A stretch of 64,000 nucleotides of DNA from the IMG/VR virus record IMGVR_UViG_3300031993_000016. The stretch is one strand, 5' to 3'. Source of the DNA: a virus. Lineage: Duplodnaviria > Caudoviricetes. The translations under genes were made by a program, and so were the position numbers. The notes beneath the pieces are model-generated. The model was not told where the DNA came from and ran no database searches. It saw only the letters and a program-made list of their open reading frames with translations. How positions within the stretch are numbered: the first letter of the stretch is position 1; each line of letters starts with the position of its first letter. Shown here piece by piece: positions 9,875-21,400 of the stretch.

Positions 9875-11125
9875 CTATAACTGCTGTAAGATGCTACTGT
9901 TAGAATCATAGAATTCACGCTGTGCATCTGTGTCAAAAAATGTAGGGTCTAATAAAGTATCTAATTCAGATAAATCGCTAACATGATTTAATGTCCACAA
10001 GAAGAATTTATCTTTGTAACTATCCCAATCAATATATGATAGTTGTAAACCAGTGGCCATTATACCCATTTGATCTTTGTAGCCTAATCTAACTAGACCT
10101 TTCCAATATCTATCCATTATCCCATTGTTAATTTCTTTGTTTCGTCCTAGATCTAAGTATATCCACACACCTAATTGTGGTACTCTAGAACGTATAGGAA
10201 ATGAAAATTGGAATATTTCCTCATCTGCTTCTTTTTGTGTAATGGCTCGGCCATACATGAACAAACCGTACGGCATATTTATTTCTTCTAATGCATCCGC
10301 TTGTTGTGTAAAGTTAGGATTTAAAAATTCTTTGGTACGTCGTCTGTTATCTTCAAACACATATCCAGCTTCAATAACACCACCAATAACACCTGCATCG
10401 TGTAATTTTGAATAATCAATTTTAGAATTTCGTACTAGTGTAACTAAATATGGATTATATTCTGTGTAATCAACCGGTGCCGATTCGGGAGTACCTGTGG
10501 ATGTATAAGAAGCACTTCCATAAAGGTATGTGACTGAATTAGTAACGGTTGCAGCAGTCATCCTACCCTTCTTAGCAAGCGTCAACTGTTCGTTTACTTC
10601 ATTTGCAATCTGATCCATATGCATAAACAGCCAATTACCTGGACAAGATTTGTCCATATTAAACCATCTATGCACGAACATATTCTGTTCTCGAACCGGT
10701 CCACCATCTGCTGCAGCAAGTGCATAATGTATATCATTTTTCCATTTAAGTTCATATATATTATGTCGATAACATATATCTACTAATAGTTTGATTAATG
10801 CTGCATAAGCTTCATTTGTAGGTTGATAAGGCTCATCATCTGTCATACTAGCAACTTCAATTGTAATTGCCCTATGATCAACTCCACAGCTATCTGTACA
10901 CCAAGCACGATTGTCTTCATCAACGTATCCTGCGATTTTTCCGCTAGAGTCTATACCATAGTTAGATGAAGCTTGTGCTTCAGGATTCTGAAACCAAGTA
11001 CCGCAGCTTTCTACAGAAATATTAGCTGCCATAGTATGTATAGCCACAGAATCAATAATATGATTTCTAGGTTTATTACAATGTAGAGAATACATTATTA
11101 CAGATGCATATTTACTAAATCCCAT
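9875..11125 (-). CDS. N-acetylmuramoyl-L-alanine amidase (Amidase_2) with C-terminal GH25-like domain
   Basis: IHTMA, ASSNYGI, RAWC, ITIE, HRWF..KSCPG motifs. Confidence 0.85.
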   Translation of the reverse strand: MGFSKYASVIMYSLHCNKPRNHIIDSVAIHTMAANISVESCGTWFQNPEAQASSNYGIDSSGKIAGYVDEDNRAWCTDSCGVDHRAITIEVASMTDDEPYQPTNEAYAALIKLLVDICYRHNIYELKWKNDIHYALAAADGGPVREQNMFVHRWFNMDKSCPGNWLFMHMDQIANEVNEQLTLAKKGRMTAATVTNSVTYLYGSASYTSTGTPESAPVDYTEYNPYLVTLVRNSKIDYSKLHDAGVIGGVIEAGYVFEDNRRRTKEFLNPNFTQQADALEEINMPYGLFMYGRAITQKEADEEIFQFSFPIRSRVPQLGVWIYLDLGRNKEINNGIMDRYWKGLVRLGYKDQMGIMATGLQLSYIDWDSYKDKFFLWTLNHVSDLSELDTLLDPTFFDTDAQREFYDSNSSILQQL

Positions 11126-11128
11126 AAT

Positions 11129-11638
11129 TTATTCTCCTTTGTTGTTAGATAATATAAATTTACTATATCCAGAAACTTCTACTGTTTTACCACTAGGATA
11201 ATTTGAAATTTCTCGAATGTTTAGGGTATCAAATGAATGTTCATTTGCTGCTGATAACGTGTCAGTAAATATGTTTGACGGATCTGCTTTGTACCAAGTC
11301 GTTGCACCTATGCGAACGGGCCATGCTGACTGTGTTAATCTGAGTAACTCTAGATGTACATATCTATCTGCAACACCAATCAATTCACCTGCAGCTACGT
11401 ACTGCCCTGCATGAACATTCATAGATGCCAAATGACCATATACAACACAGAAGGACATCCCAGTTTGTATTATAACTGAATGTCCTAGATGTCCTTGATT
11501 AGCTACTACAACAGTACCATCGTATGCTGTGTAAATAGAATCACCTGATATATCAATTCCGATGTGTGATTGATTAGTTGTGCAACCCTCAATGACTTGA
11601 GACGTTTGCTTAGTGATTACACAGTTTGAAATCACCAT
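11129..11638 (-). CDS. M23 peptidase-like protein
   Basis: HIGID, YGHL..V..GQ.V..GELIG, VHLE motifs (HxH degenerate). Confidence 0.7.
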   Translation of the reverse strand: MVISNCVITKQTSQVIEGCTTNQSHIGIDISGDSIYTAYDGTVVVANQGHLGHSVIIQTGMSFCVVYGHLASMNVHAGQYVAAGELIGVADRYVHLELLRLTQSAWPVRIGATTWYKADPSNIFTDTLSAANEHSFDTLNIREISNYPSGKTVEVSGYSKFILSNNKGE

Positions 11639-11657
11639 AATGTCACCCCTATTTATG

Positions 11658-13118
11658 TTAATATGATGCACCCGCACCGAGATTCTGGAATGTTGGGTAC
11701 AATGTTCCAAAATCTACTTTATACGCAGATTTTACATTAGTTGTTTGTGTATACGCATTACTTGGGTAGTTACTGCTACCAGATACAAATATATTTTGAG
11801 CCGAAGCTACTTGATTAGCTGAACTCATTGTAAGTCGCTGTAGTTTAAGTGTTGTTATGAATTGATTAGATATTAGATGACTTACTGACATTATATTATA
11901 TACACCGGAAATTGGCGATACAGTATTGCCCACCATGACAAGTAATGTTACTGGTTGAGCTACATCGTATTTCTTTACACTACCAGCAATACTTACTGTA
12001 AAATCACCACTAAACTGTGACGCAATTGCATTGATATCATTTACAATGTTTACCGATTGAAATACTTCTGATAATGAATTGCTCCAGCTGTTTACTACTT
12101 GTTCATCTTGTATAAGTGTATTACCGCTGCCATCAAGTGAAAATCCTACTGATGCAAAATTCATGTCAGTCATGTTATATGCGATACCATTATATGAACC
12201 TGATATAGATAATATATTAGTATCTTTAGTACCATATTGTAATATATCTCCGATATGTGATGTCATTAATCCTGCGTTACTCTTGTAATGTATAACTCCT
12301 GGAGATGTCATTGTCGGCTCATCTACCCAGTAGGAGAATGAAGCACACTGTGGTGAAGTATCTGTTAAACTTTTCTTCATAAATTCTTTGAGCGGTGTAA
12401 CTGTAGTGTTATTGATGAGCTGACTTAGTTTCTTATATGGATAAGTTATGCCAGCAGCATCTCGAGATCCGCTATATGATTTTGATAGTTTTAGCAATCC
12501 TGGAAACGTGTCATAATCATCATCACCGCTCATTGTACCACGCACGTAGCGATTGAAACTTGTAGTCATTGCACCATGACTAATAAGCGTAGGTGCATCA
12601 TTGTGGTCTATATCTAACTCATAGTAGTAATCAGCTTTTACAGCTTTTGCAAGTGCTTCTACTACTGCAGACGGTTGCACAACACCGGTAAGTTCTGGAA
12701 TCCGTAATACAGGCATACTGCTCTGTACAGCCTGTGAAGCATATCCGCTGACTGTATATGTCATATATAATCCAGAAGTAGAAACATTGAATTTAAGCGT
12801 AAATCCTTGATATGATAGATATTCTGCAACTTGACCGTTATCGTCTAACCATCCAAATGCAAATGCAACTGGAACACCCTCAGCTTCAGGATATGCACTA
12901 GCAGCTTGTGCAGCACTATAAAGCAGAGCTTCAAATGCAGCTATATTTATTTTCTTAGAGTCATCTCCACCAACTACTATCTTAAGCTCCCAGTTTGTGA
13001 AACTCGCTATCTCAGAATTTGATAATGCGAGGCTACAAAATGGTGAAGGAATCTCTGCACCGAATTCTGTTAAGCTAGTTCCTGCGATAGAAAATGCTGC
13101 CCAATGTTGTTTCTTCAT
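11658..13118 (-). CDS. Baseplate hub/tail protein
   Basis: C-terminal SGVYNIMSVSHLISNQFITTLKLQR typical of hub proteins; synteny. Confidence 0.6.
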   Translation of the reverse strand: MKKQHWAAFSIAGTSLTEFGAEIPSPFCSLALSNSEIASFTNWELKIVVGGDDSKKINIAAFEALLYSAAQAASAYPEAEGVPVAFAFGWLDDNGQVAEYLSYQGFTLKFNVSTSGLYMTYTVSGYASQAVQSSMPVLRIPELTGVVQPSAVVEALAKAVKADYYYELDIDHNDAPTLISHGAMTTSFNRYVRGTMSGDDDYDTFPGLLKLSKSYSGSRDAAGITYPYKKLSQLINNTTVTPLKEFMKKSLTDTSPQCASFSYWVDEPTMTSPGVIHYKSNAGLMTSHIGDILQYGTKDTNILSISGSYNGIAYNMTDMNFASVGFSLDGSGNTLIQDEQVVNSWSNSLSEVFQSVNIVNDINAIASQFSGDFTVSIAGSVKKYDVAQPVTLLVMVGNTVSPISGVYNIMSVSHLISNQFITTLKLQRLTMSSANQVASAQNIFVSGSSNYPSNAYTQTTNVKSAYKVDFGTLYPTFQNLGAGASY

Positions 13119-13133
13119 CTATGTTACCTCTGA

Positions 13134-13559
13134 TTATTCACTACCTAAATTCAATGTATTAGGACTTACACTAGCTAAGCACTCACCTTTTTCAAATAGT
13201 TGAGTAATAGATTTAGGTATCATAAGCTTCTGACCTGCATGTACAGTGAATCCATCTTCAATCCCATTGAAATATGCAAGTACCCATGAATAAGAAGCTG
13301 CACCTAATGCTTTGTACGCGATAACATCTAATCGATTTTCTTCGGTTTGAGGTACGATATAATAATTTACTTCTGAATTTGTTTCAAAAGGATTAGGTGT
13401 TTCTAGTGTTATGAATCTGTCTGTAAGCTCTTGTGGATTGTTAACTACTTGTCTCAGACGTCTGTACCTAGAAATATGGCTAAAATCTCGACATACACCA
13501 TATTGAATACCTTTATGCTCTATTATATTGTAAGGCGTTAATGTGTCATACCATTTCAT
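13134..13559 (-). CDS. LysM/tail-X-like baseplate protein
   Basis: NRLDVIAYKALG..YSWVLAYFNGI..G.KLMIP. Confidence 0.75.
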   Translation of the reverse strand: MKWYDTLTPYNIIEHKGIQYGVCRDFSHISRYRRLRQVVNNPQELTDRFITLETPNPFETNSEVNYYIVPQTEENRLDVIAYKALGAASYSWVLAYFNGIEDGFTVHAGQKLMIPKSITQLFEKGECLASVSPNTLNLGSE

Positions 13560-13571
13560 ACACTGAACCCC

Positions 13572-14585
13572 CTAACCTACTAATGGTTTATTTTTCACTA
13601 CATGATAATCAAGTGCTTGTTGTGAAACTTCTGTAATAGTTAAACTTAATTTACAATGTAAGTACCAATTATCACGTTTACCTAACGGCCCGTCCCAACT
13701 CACAGATACATCTGTCATTATTCCTGATATCAGAGGTTTACCTGCAACGTACAATGTAACTTGCGAAGTATACACTGCAGAACCTCGATACTCAGGATAG
13801 CAATTAGCTTCGCAGAATCGAATAAGCTGATTAGCTTTACCGTCACCATGATCTCCTGTCCACATATCTCTATGAAAATCAAATGTATATGTTTGAGATC
13901 GTGGGCCTGAGCTATTGTATATCTGCCAAGGCTCATATTGATAAAGTAAGTCAGGCATTGTAGAGTAGTTTGCTTTAACCCCATCAGAAATTTCTTCAGG
14001 ATATACAGGGAAGTCCATCTTTTCATCGCTAAGTGATGAATATAACGATACCATGCCCCAAGGTATTCTGAACCACTGCATCGGATCACTACCATCACCT
14101 GTACGAAATAACCCACTTATAGATGCTGTTCGAATTGTGCTGTAATCATTAAATATACCAGGATCAACTACATGTGGTATAGACACTAATGACTGTATTA
14201 CTTTATCATAAACCGTTGTTGCAACAGGCTGCCCATTACCTAAGATAGAAGTTGACGCAGGTACTTCTATAGATTCAGGTATTCGTAAGTATCCGAGTAA
14301 CGTGTTTGCAGCTGAAAGTAATTTCCACCCAGAAGTACTAGACAATGCTGCAGTTTCAAATACGTCTGAATCAGATGTTAGTCCGTTCAGTAATGATATC
14401 TTCTTATCATAGCTTATGTCTGTTGCATCTTGAATCTTATCACCGCAAACCTTCCAAAATGCTTCACCTACATTAGGAGTTCGTGGAGTATCGTTCAGAT
14501 GAAGTATACTCTCTACATTTCTAGATCCAACTGCAGCCGCAACATCAGTTAATTTTGTTTTTCTATCAATTGCTAAGAATTGCAT
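13572..14585 (-). CDS. Tail tube initiator-like protein
   Basis: FPVYPEEISD..RSQTYTFDF..GIMTDVSVSWDGP..LTITEV tube-like pattern; synteny. Confidence 0.55.
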   Translation of the reverse strand: MQFLAIDRKTKLTDVAAAVGSRNVESILHLNDTPRTPNVGEAFWKVCGDKIQDATDISYDKKISLLNGLTSDSDVFETAALSSTSGWKLLSAANTLLGYLRIPESIEVPASTSILGNGQPVATTVYDKVIQSLVSIPHVVDPGIFNDYSTIRTASISGLFRTGDGSDPMQWFRIPWGMVSLYSSLSDEKMDFPVYPEEISDGVKANYSTMPDLLYQYEPWQIYNSSGPRSQTYTFDFHRDMWTGDHGDGKANQLIRFCEANCYPEYRGSAVYTSQVTLYVAGKPLISGIMTDVSVSWDGPLGKRDNWYLHCKLSLTITEVSQQALDYHVVKNKPLVG

Positions 14586-14588
14586 ACA

Positions 14589-15176
14589 TTAGCCCTCATT
14601 TACATGTGAGTTATATTCTATATCAGTTAAATTAGCAGCTTTGAGTCTCAATGACTTGATTACATGTGGCTCACCAAACATTGTAGGTGGTCTATGAATC
14701 TTTTTAGCTGGTAACAACTTATTTATCCAATTAACGCTTTCAGCATAGCATGCATCAGCACATTCAACAGTGAATTCATCATAGAGATTATCCGTGCCGA
14801 GTAGCACAAACAAATCATGTAGATCTAGCTGACTTGAATTAACACTCAATACTGCGTTTAACATATAACTATATACCCAATTAGGTAATATGTATGTGTC
14901 ATTAGCTTGTTTCAGTTGATTAAGATGCCAAGCAATCTCGGACACTAGTTTCTTGTAAGGCTCTAGTAAAGACTCATCAATTAATGGATAGTAGTCTCTA
15001 AAGAAGTTGATAGGCGCATCCATACATGCATCATATCCAGCATATGGATCAGCAGAATCATATTCATAAGGTAGAAACGCATCACACATCTCAATATCTG
15101 ATATGAGATGATATGGATAGTTAGGTAAATATCCTAAACTAGATAATCTTATTTTGACAATGTCATGTATAAACAT
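14589..15176 (-). CDS. Hypothetical protein (tail module)
   Basis: 195-aa ORF translationally coupled to neighbours. Confidence 0.6.
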   Translation of the reverse strand: MFIHDIVKIRLSSLGYLPNYPYHLISDIEMCDAFLPYEYDSADPYAGYDACMDAPINFFRDYYPLIDESLLEPYKKLVSEIAWHLNQLKQANDTYILPNWVYSYMLNAVLSVNSSQLDLHDLFVLLGTDNLYDEFTVECADACYAESVNWINKLLPAKKIHRPPTMFGEPHVIKSLRLKAANLTDIEYNSHVNEG

Positions 15177-18100
15177 TAGTCAATTGCACCTCCTATGAAA
15201 TAATGTGGAGTATTAAGATCCCAACAATCAACTGTAGTAGTAGGTGATACACCACTAATATGATCAACTAATTCTGCGTCTGTATAGAATGCAATTGTAC
15301 CGGTTGTTATGTTTGTAGCAGAGATTGGATCATATTTTTGAGTCAATGCTGAGAACTCTGTAGATTTCATCATATAAGCTGAATCAGATGCTACATAATA
15401 GTGTGATACAAATGTACCAGTTACTTTGATCTGATGTGTCATCTTAGTTGCAGGGTAGGTAAGTCCTACACTTTGTGGTAACATAAACTGTGATACAAAT
15501 ACAGATTTACCTTCATCTATGTTAGCTGTAGTAGAATCACCTACAAGCATTCCTACATTTATAATAGAACCATCGTTACCAAATGTTATAGACCTTAATG
15601 CATATGAATAATGATTATCATTTGCATATGTACTATCCCATGGATCAATATCTTCGGTTGTTTCAATTGGGCCTGTAAGCGATACGGTCATACCGTCAAC
15701 TTGTAATTCTGGATCCATATCTGACCATCGTTGATACCAAAGTGACAAGTTACTTATAGTTTCGCAAGCATCTAATACAGTTGCATTATAGTATAAATTT
15801 ACATTCTGTAATATGATTTGAGGAGCCCCTTCAATGTCTTCATCAATTCTGAGCTTATCACAATTTTCAAATACAAGGGTTGTTGCATTAGTAGCGTTAC
15901 CACGAATATGCACATATAAACTAGATTCGTATCGACTTCCAATATCATGTATTGTTATTGTACCCGATTCTTCTGGAAGTGTTAAGTAAAGGTGAATGAT
16001 ATGTGGATCAACTTCTGACTCAATAGCAGATGCAATCTGTGCAGAATTTGGGAAGCATACACGATCATTTACTTCCTCATCTAATATAGATTGTAATTCT
16101 GCAACTGTTAAACCAGCACCTTCACTCCTATCTTGACCCAGCTGATATGCTAATACACCTGTTAGTAATAATTCATAATCCATTACTTTCAGGTAGCCGT
16201 TCTCATCCATCCTAACATATCCGCCACCATAAGCGCCTTCCGGTACATTTACGAATCCACCAACAGATGTTTCGGTAGCTAATGGAACACCACCTGTAAT
16301 CCAAATTGGGTCTAAATAACTAAATCTGTCTTCAGTCAATGCTGGTGTATAATACCAACATGTCCATGTTTCTATATGAGTAGATTCATTGTAGGTACGG
16401 CGTCTGGCAACAAAGTAATCAATGCCAGGCGCACCTTTATACATACCATTAACGAGATCCCATGCATTTGGTAATTCAGATTCATCAGTTACCATACGAC
16501 TATCAAGCTCTACACCACCAGCTAATTGTTCTGGCACTTGTCGAAGCATCTGAGCATACAATTTATCATACTCAGGATCTTGTACATCTATAGGAATACT
16601 AAGAGCAGTAACACCAGTAATTGTAAGTACTTTACCTGGGCCTATTACATACATTGTAGATGGAGATCTACCATTTATTGTAGCACCTACAGTGTTATCT
16701 TGACCTACTAAAACATAATCACCAGGTGACCAAGTCCAGGTAGTAAATACGTTTTTCTTATCAAGCGCTTCATTCACTCGATTAGTTATATATGTCTGTA
16801 AATCTGTTTCTAGACCTACAATACGAGTTGCATAATTAGCAACTGCATCATCTATTTGACTCATCAGTGTTAAAAATTGATTTCTAACAGCTTCTGGAAC
16901 TGTAGATGTTTGGATATTTTGAATATCTGTACTGAGCTGAGTTACAGTAGTACTAAGTGCATTTACACTACTTACAAGTTGATTGAATTCTTCACGAGTA
17001 GGGGCAGTACCACCAGACGACTCTGACTGGCTAAGCTGATTCCATATAGAATTTAACTGAGTCTCTATAGTAGTAAGTCTACTAGTTATGCTATCAATTT
17101 CGCCTGACTGTCGTAAAGCTTCTGGAATGCTATCAGATACGATGCTTGGAATACTGTTGCGAAGCTCTTCTAATTCTGCACGTATCTGGGCAATATCTGA
17201 CTTCAAACCTGATATATCTAATTTGTATTCTGATGCAGCATACGGCCAACGTTCATCTTTTGAAGTTGGAATAACAGGCAAGTCTGCTCGATCATTTAAT
17301 ACTGGGATGTATTGACGCATTCTACCATTTGGTAATCTGTAATATGTATTTATTTTATTTTCAATTTCTAATACTCGCCTAGAATATTCGGGACTTATAA
17401 CACCGCCGTGTCCTGCAAAATCAGCTGCAGGTAATACTAATTGCTTATCTTGAAAGTAAACATGTTGTCCTTGTGTATTGACCATACCGTCTACTTGTTT
17501 GTGTGGAATATTAAGTACTGTCTGACCGGTAGTATCATCATATACAAATGCTGCTTGCGTACTAGGGGCGGTTGTAGAGATGTTTGGGTGCGTATCCCAC
17601 TGCATCAAACTATCAGTAGCATCACACCAAGTATCACGCCCATCAATAGATTCACCATCTGCACTTTTACCTGCGAATACATATAACTTATTCGGATCTA
17701 GTCCAGTTTTAGTAACAAATACATCTGAAAATGTTCCACCCATATTAGAGATTCTATCAGCTGTAATACTGCAGATCTTCTCAGGATTCTGTATCATATT
17801 GCTGATTACACCGTTTCTATAAGTGAATGTTGCAAGTAACAAGTGCATATTTACTTTGCTGAATTCGGTCTCACCAGGTGCATCCTTTGGAAGAATTACT
17901 TTATCTGCAGGTAATATTACTGCTTGGATTCCATTGAAAAACTCACCATGTTCGTCTTCTACAAGTGCAGAACCTGCAAGTGTTTGATAAGTGCTATAAG
18001 CCATGCGAAGACCAATTGCTAATTTACCTTTAAGTGCAGCTATCCCTTCGCGACCTGCATATGTGTTAGCATCATTTAGATCAATAACAATAGGTGTAAG

Positions 18101-18376
18101 AGATTCTACATAATGCCCATTAACTAATGCACGACCTGGTTGAATCTGTACAGCAGTGTTACTTATGGTAACATCTTGTCCATCTTTCTGACAATATACT
18201 GCGAAATCATCCATAGAATGTGCATAAGATGGTCCAATGAAGTATTTAACAGTTGGATCTGTTTGCACGCTTTCACGAGATCTAATATTAAACTCAGACA
18301 TCAATTGACCACCGGCTGATGAGTTAGCTAATGGAAATATATTTGTTGCTCCGACAGGAAATACAACGAAATTCAT
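15176..18376 (-). CDS. Large virion structural protein with central coiled coil
   Basis: 1066 aa; IQPGRALVNGHYVE motif common in phage baseplate/fibre proteins; heptad-rich central part. Confidence 0.6.
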   Translation of the reverse strand: MNFVVFPVGATNIFPLANSSAGGQLMSEFNIRSRESVQTDPTVKYFIGPSYAHSMDDFAVYCQKDGQDVTISNTAVQIQPGRALVNGHYVESLTPIVIDLNDANTYAGREGIAALKGKLAIGLRMAYSTYQTLAGSALVEDEHGEFFNGIQAVILPADKVILPKDAPGETEFSKVNMHLLLATFTYRNGVISNMIQNPEKICSITADRISNMGGTFSDVFVTKTGLDPNKLYVFAGKSADGESIDGRDTWCDATDSLMQWDTHPNISTTAPSTQAAFVYDDTTGQTVLNIPHKQVDGMVNTQGQHVYFQDKQLVLPAADFAGHGGVISPEYSRRVLEIENKINTYYRLPNGRMRQYIPVLNDRADLPVIPTSKDERWPYAASEYKLDISGLKSDIAQIRAELEELRNSIPSIVSDSIPEALRQSGEIDSITSRLTTIETQLNSIWNQLSQSESSGGTAPTREEFNQLVSSVNALSTTVTQLSTDIQNIQTSTVPEAVRNQFLTLMSQIDDAVANYATRIVGLETDLQTYITNRVNEALDKKNVFTTWTWSPGDYVLVGQDNTVGATINGRSPSTMYVIGPGKVLTITGVTALSIPIDVQDPEYDKLYAQMLRQVPEQLAGGVELDSRMVTDESELPNAWDLVNGMYKGAPGIDYFVARRRTYNESTHIETWTCWYYTPALTEDRFSYLDPIWITGGVPLATETSVGGFVNVPEGAYGGGYVRMDENGYLKVMDYELLLTGVLAYQLGQDRSEGAGLTVAELQSILDEEVNDRVCFPNSAQIASAIESEVDPHIIHLYLTLPEESGTITIHDIGSRYESSLYVHIRGNATNATTLVFENCDKLRIDEDIEGAPQIILQNVNLYYNATVLDACETISNLSLWYQRWSDMDPELQVDGMTVSLTGPIETTEDIDPWDSTYANDNHYSYALRSITFGNDGSIINVGMLVGDSTTANIDEGKSVFVSQFMLPQSVGLTYPATKMTHQIKVTGTFVSHYYVASDSAYMMKSTEFSALTQKYDPISATNITTGTIAFYTDAELVDHISGVSPTTTVDCWDLNTPHYFIGGAID

Positions 18377-18428
18377 TGTGTTACCTCCATAAATATTCTT
18401 ATATGACTATAGTAATATACAAGGTGTT

Positions 18429-21400
18429 TTACAATACTGTACCGTTAGGCTGTGTAATAGATCCGTTACTAGTAAGTCCTAATGCTAATGAATTCAATCT
18501 ATCTATTAGAGAAGAACCTTCTACACTAGCGCCCGTTGGTGCATTATTCTGTGCTCTAATAGCTTCAGTAACCAGTAAGATTTGGGCCAATAAGGCGTTG
18601 GTTTGTTTCGTAGGATCTGTAAGATCCATAAGATTACTTGTAAGCATTTCAGCAAGTGCGTTAACTACAGTACCTTGCTCTTTTATCTTTTCAGATTGTT
18701 GTACTGCTTGCACATCTTGATATCTATAGCCTGTTGTATTGCTGTAATATATGTGATTGATGAAGTAGTTCATAAATTCGTTGTAGAATTTATTGAATAA
18801 GCCATTGCTTCCTTGAGATGAAACAAATGCTGCCCAACCCTTGTTTAACCACTCAAGTCGATACATCAACAAAAACTTTTCACTATCATCATAGATGTTC
18901 TGTAGCTTATTATCCATCTTGCTGAGTATATCATTAGTTGTGTTTAATGTACTAAACAACGGAGTTTGAAATCCATCCGGGAAGGAAGTGTTCCAGAAAT
19001 TGATACCAGCTTCACGGAATACAGCTTCTTGCATCTTGATTTCATGTGCTTCTTGCACACCTTGCTCTGTTTCTTTAGCTTGGAAATAATTCATAATATC
19101 CGAAGCTGTGTAGCCTGCAGCTTGTAATGCAGCATCTAGATCTGATATCCCATATTTAGAAGCACTCTGTGCCCAATCTGCATAAGATTTGCCTTGCTTC
19201 ACGTATTGATCTACTAAATAGGTATCTGAAAGCATTGCGTTGATTCTAGACTTAACTGCAGAAGCAGATGACGACTCCATCATTGTACCTACTTCAGATA
19301 AAACTTTAGATACTGACGAATCTATTAAATTGCCTGAAAGCTCTTTTAATATATTTTGAGCAGCAAGTCCTTGAGTCTTAGATACACTACCCCAGCTATA
19401 AGATGATGATGGTGAGTGTATATTGTTCAGCATATTTTGTGTTGCAAGTTGACTTGACATACCAACAAATTGAGTAGCACCACTACCAAACAGCACGTTT
19501 GACAGATTCTGAAAACTAGTTGTACTTGCTCTAGCACGTCCATAAGCCGATCTACCTCCTAGCAGATCTGCCATAGAGCTAATCAAGTTTAAACTCATGT
19601 TACGCGTAGATAATTGATATAAAGAGGTCGCATTACCTTGACCTACTTTACCTAATTCAAGTATCTGTCGCACATCAGCTTGCATAGCCTCTGCTTCAGT
19701 TTTAGTACTAACTAAATTTCCGAGTTTCTTAACCCATGCAATAGGGTTGAGGAAATTAAGTATGTTATTTACTAATTCTTTGATTGCTAAGAATACTTCC
19801 ATTGTAGATGACGAAAGATTGACAGCATACTCTTGTTCCATCATCTCTCGAGCTAATTGCTCATCCCACATATGCTGTTGGATAAGCTGTGCAGCTTCAT
19901 TATCTATTACATATGAAAGTCCTTCTTCAATCATATATTGATTGATTTGCTGAGCTTTCAGCTGTTCTGCAGTAGTTGTTGTTTGACCCTCGGCAAGTAA
20001 CTTCATGTTCTCATTAAGAGCACTTGAAGATGAATTCATGTTTTTGATAGCATCAGCTAATCCTTGGAAATCAACCCTCTGGAAAGCTTCTACAGATAAT
20101 CCAAATAACTGTGCATAGCCTTCAGCTTTTTCCATGTATGCATCAGAAGAACTGCTATACATTCTAGCAAGATTTGTGAATAAGCTTGTAAATATCTTCT
20201 GAGGGTTGCTAGCAAATTCACGAAGGAATTCTGTATTAGATGCATTTATATTAGCAAGTGATCTTAAAGCTACTATATCAGAAGCATTACCACCTACAAG
20301 GGCTTTGTATATTGTATCTACTAAACCACTTGCAAGATCTGGAGCAACAGCTCCGATGTAACTCTGTGTAGCTAATAATACGCTCGAAATTGCTGCCATA
20401 TTTTCAGATCTAGCAGCTTGTGCTATCTTTGCAGATTGTTCATATATAGAACTAGCATTCTGTAATCCTGTAGTAAATCCACCAGATAATTCCCTACTAG
20501 CATATAATAAACTTGATGCAAAATCCTGCAAACTCTTTGTAGCAGTCTGTATAGCTTGATTCTGAGATTGTCCCGCTCTAACAGCATTTGCTGCTATAGA
20601 AGCATAAGTGCTAGCATATCCGAAGAAATCTTGTGTAGGTATAGCTTTATTTAATATTGTAGCTTGATATGCAAATTCTTCTGCAATTGCACCGCTCATG
20701 CCAGAAGATAAAACTCTTGCAAGATTATCAAATATATCAGAACCACTTATGTAACTGGATAAACCCTCTGACTGTAATCGTTGTGCAATGACAGACATAA
20801 GATCTTGCACATCTGCTTTTGTATAACCTTGAGTAGCAGCAACTGTTGTAAGATTTTGATTCCAGCTATTTATTACGCTCTGTGCAGCTTCTTTGAGAAT
20901 TTTGAAAGGTTCTTCAATAAGCGTATTGAAATCTTCTTTCATACGTTTATTTGCATATTCAAGATTTTTCTTTCGACTTTCCGAATCACGATTAGCTGCT
21001 GCAGTAGCTGCACTGAATGCTTTGCTGAGTGCTTCACCAATTCTTTTTAATCCATCAAATGCAGTTTTGAGTAACTTAGCAGCAACTGCAACTGCTGCAA
21101 GTTGTGGTGCAAGTTTAAGTAAACTAGACCCCATAGATTTAAATGCAGCAACACCCGTAGTACGTATCTCTTTTGCAATACTGCCGACCTCACCTAATGC
21201 ACCGCTAGTATTACCCTCTTTAAGCAACTTTGCAACTTGGCTTGAACGACTTTCAAGTATCTGACCTACATCAGATTTAAATGATTGCCCTTTGCTTATA
21301 ATATCGCGTACATTCTGATTCTTCAGCAATTTGCTACGAGCGCTTTCACCAAGCCGCTTACCTACTTCATTTGGAATATCTTTAATAGAAACTCCGAGTT

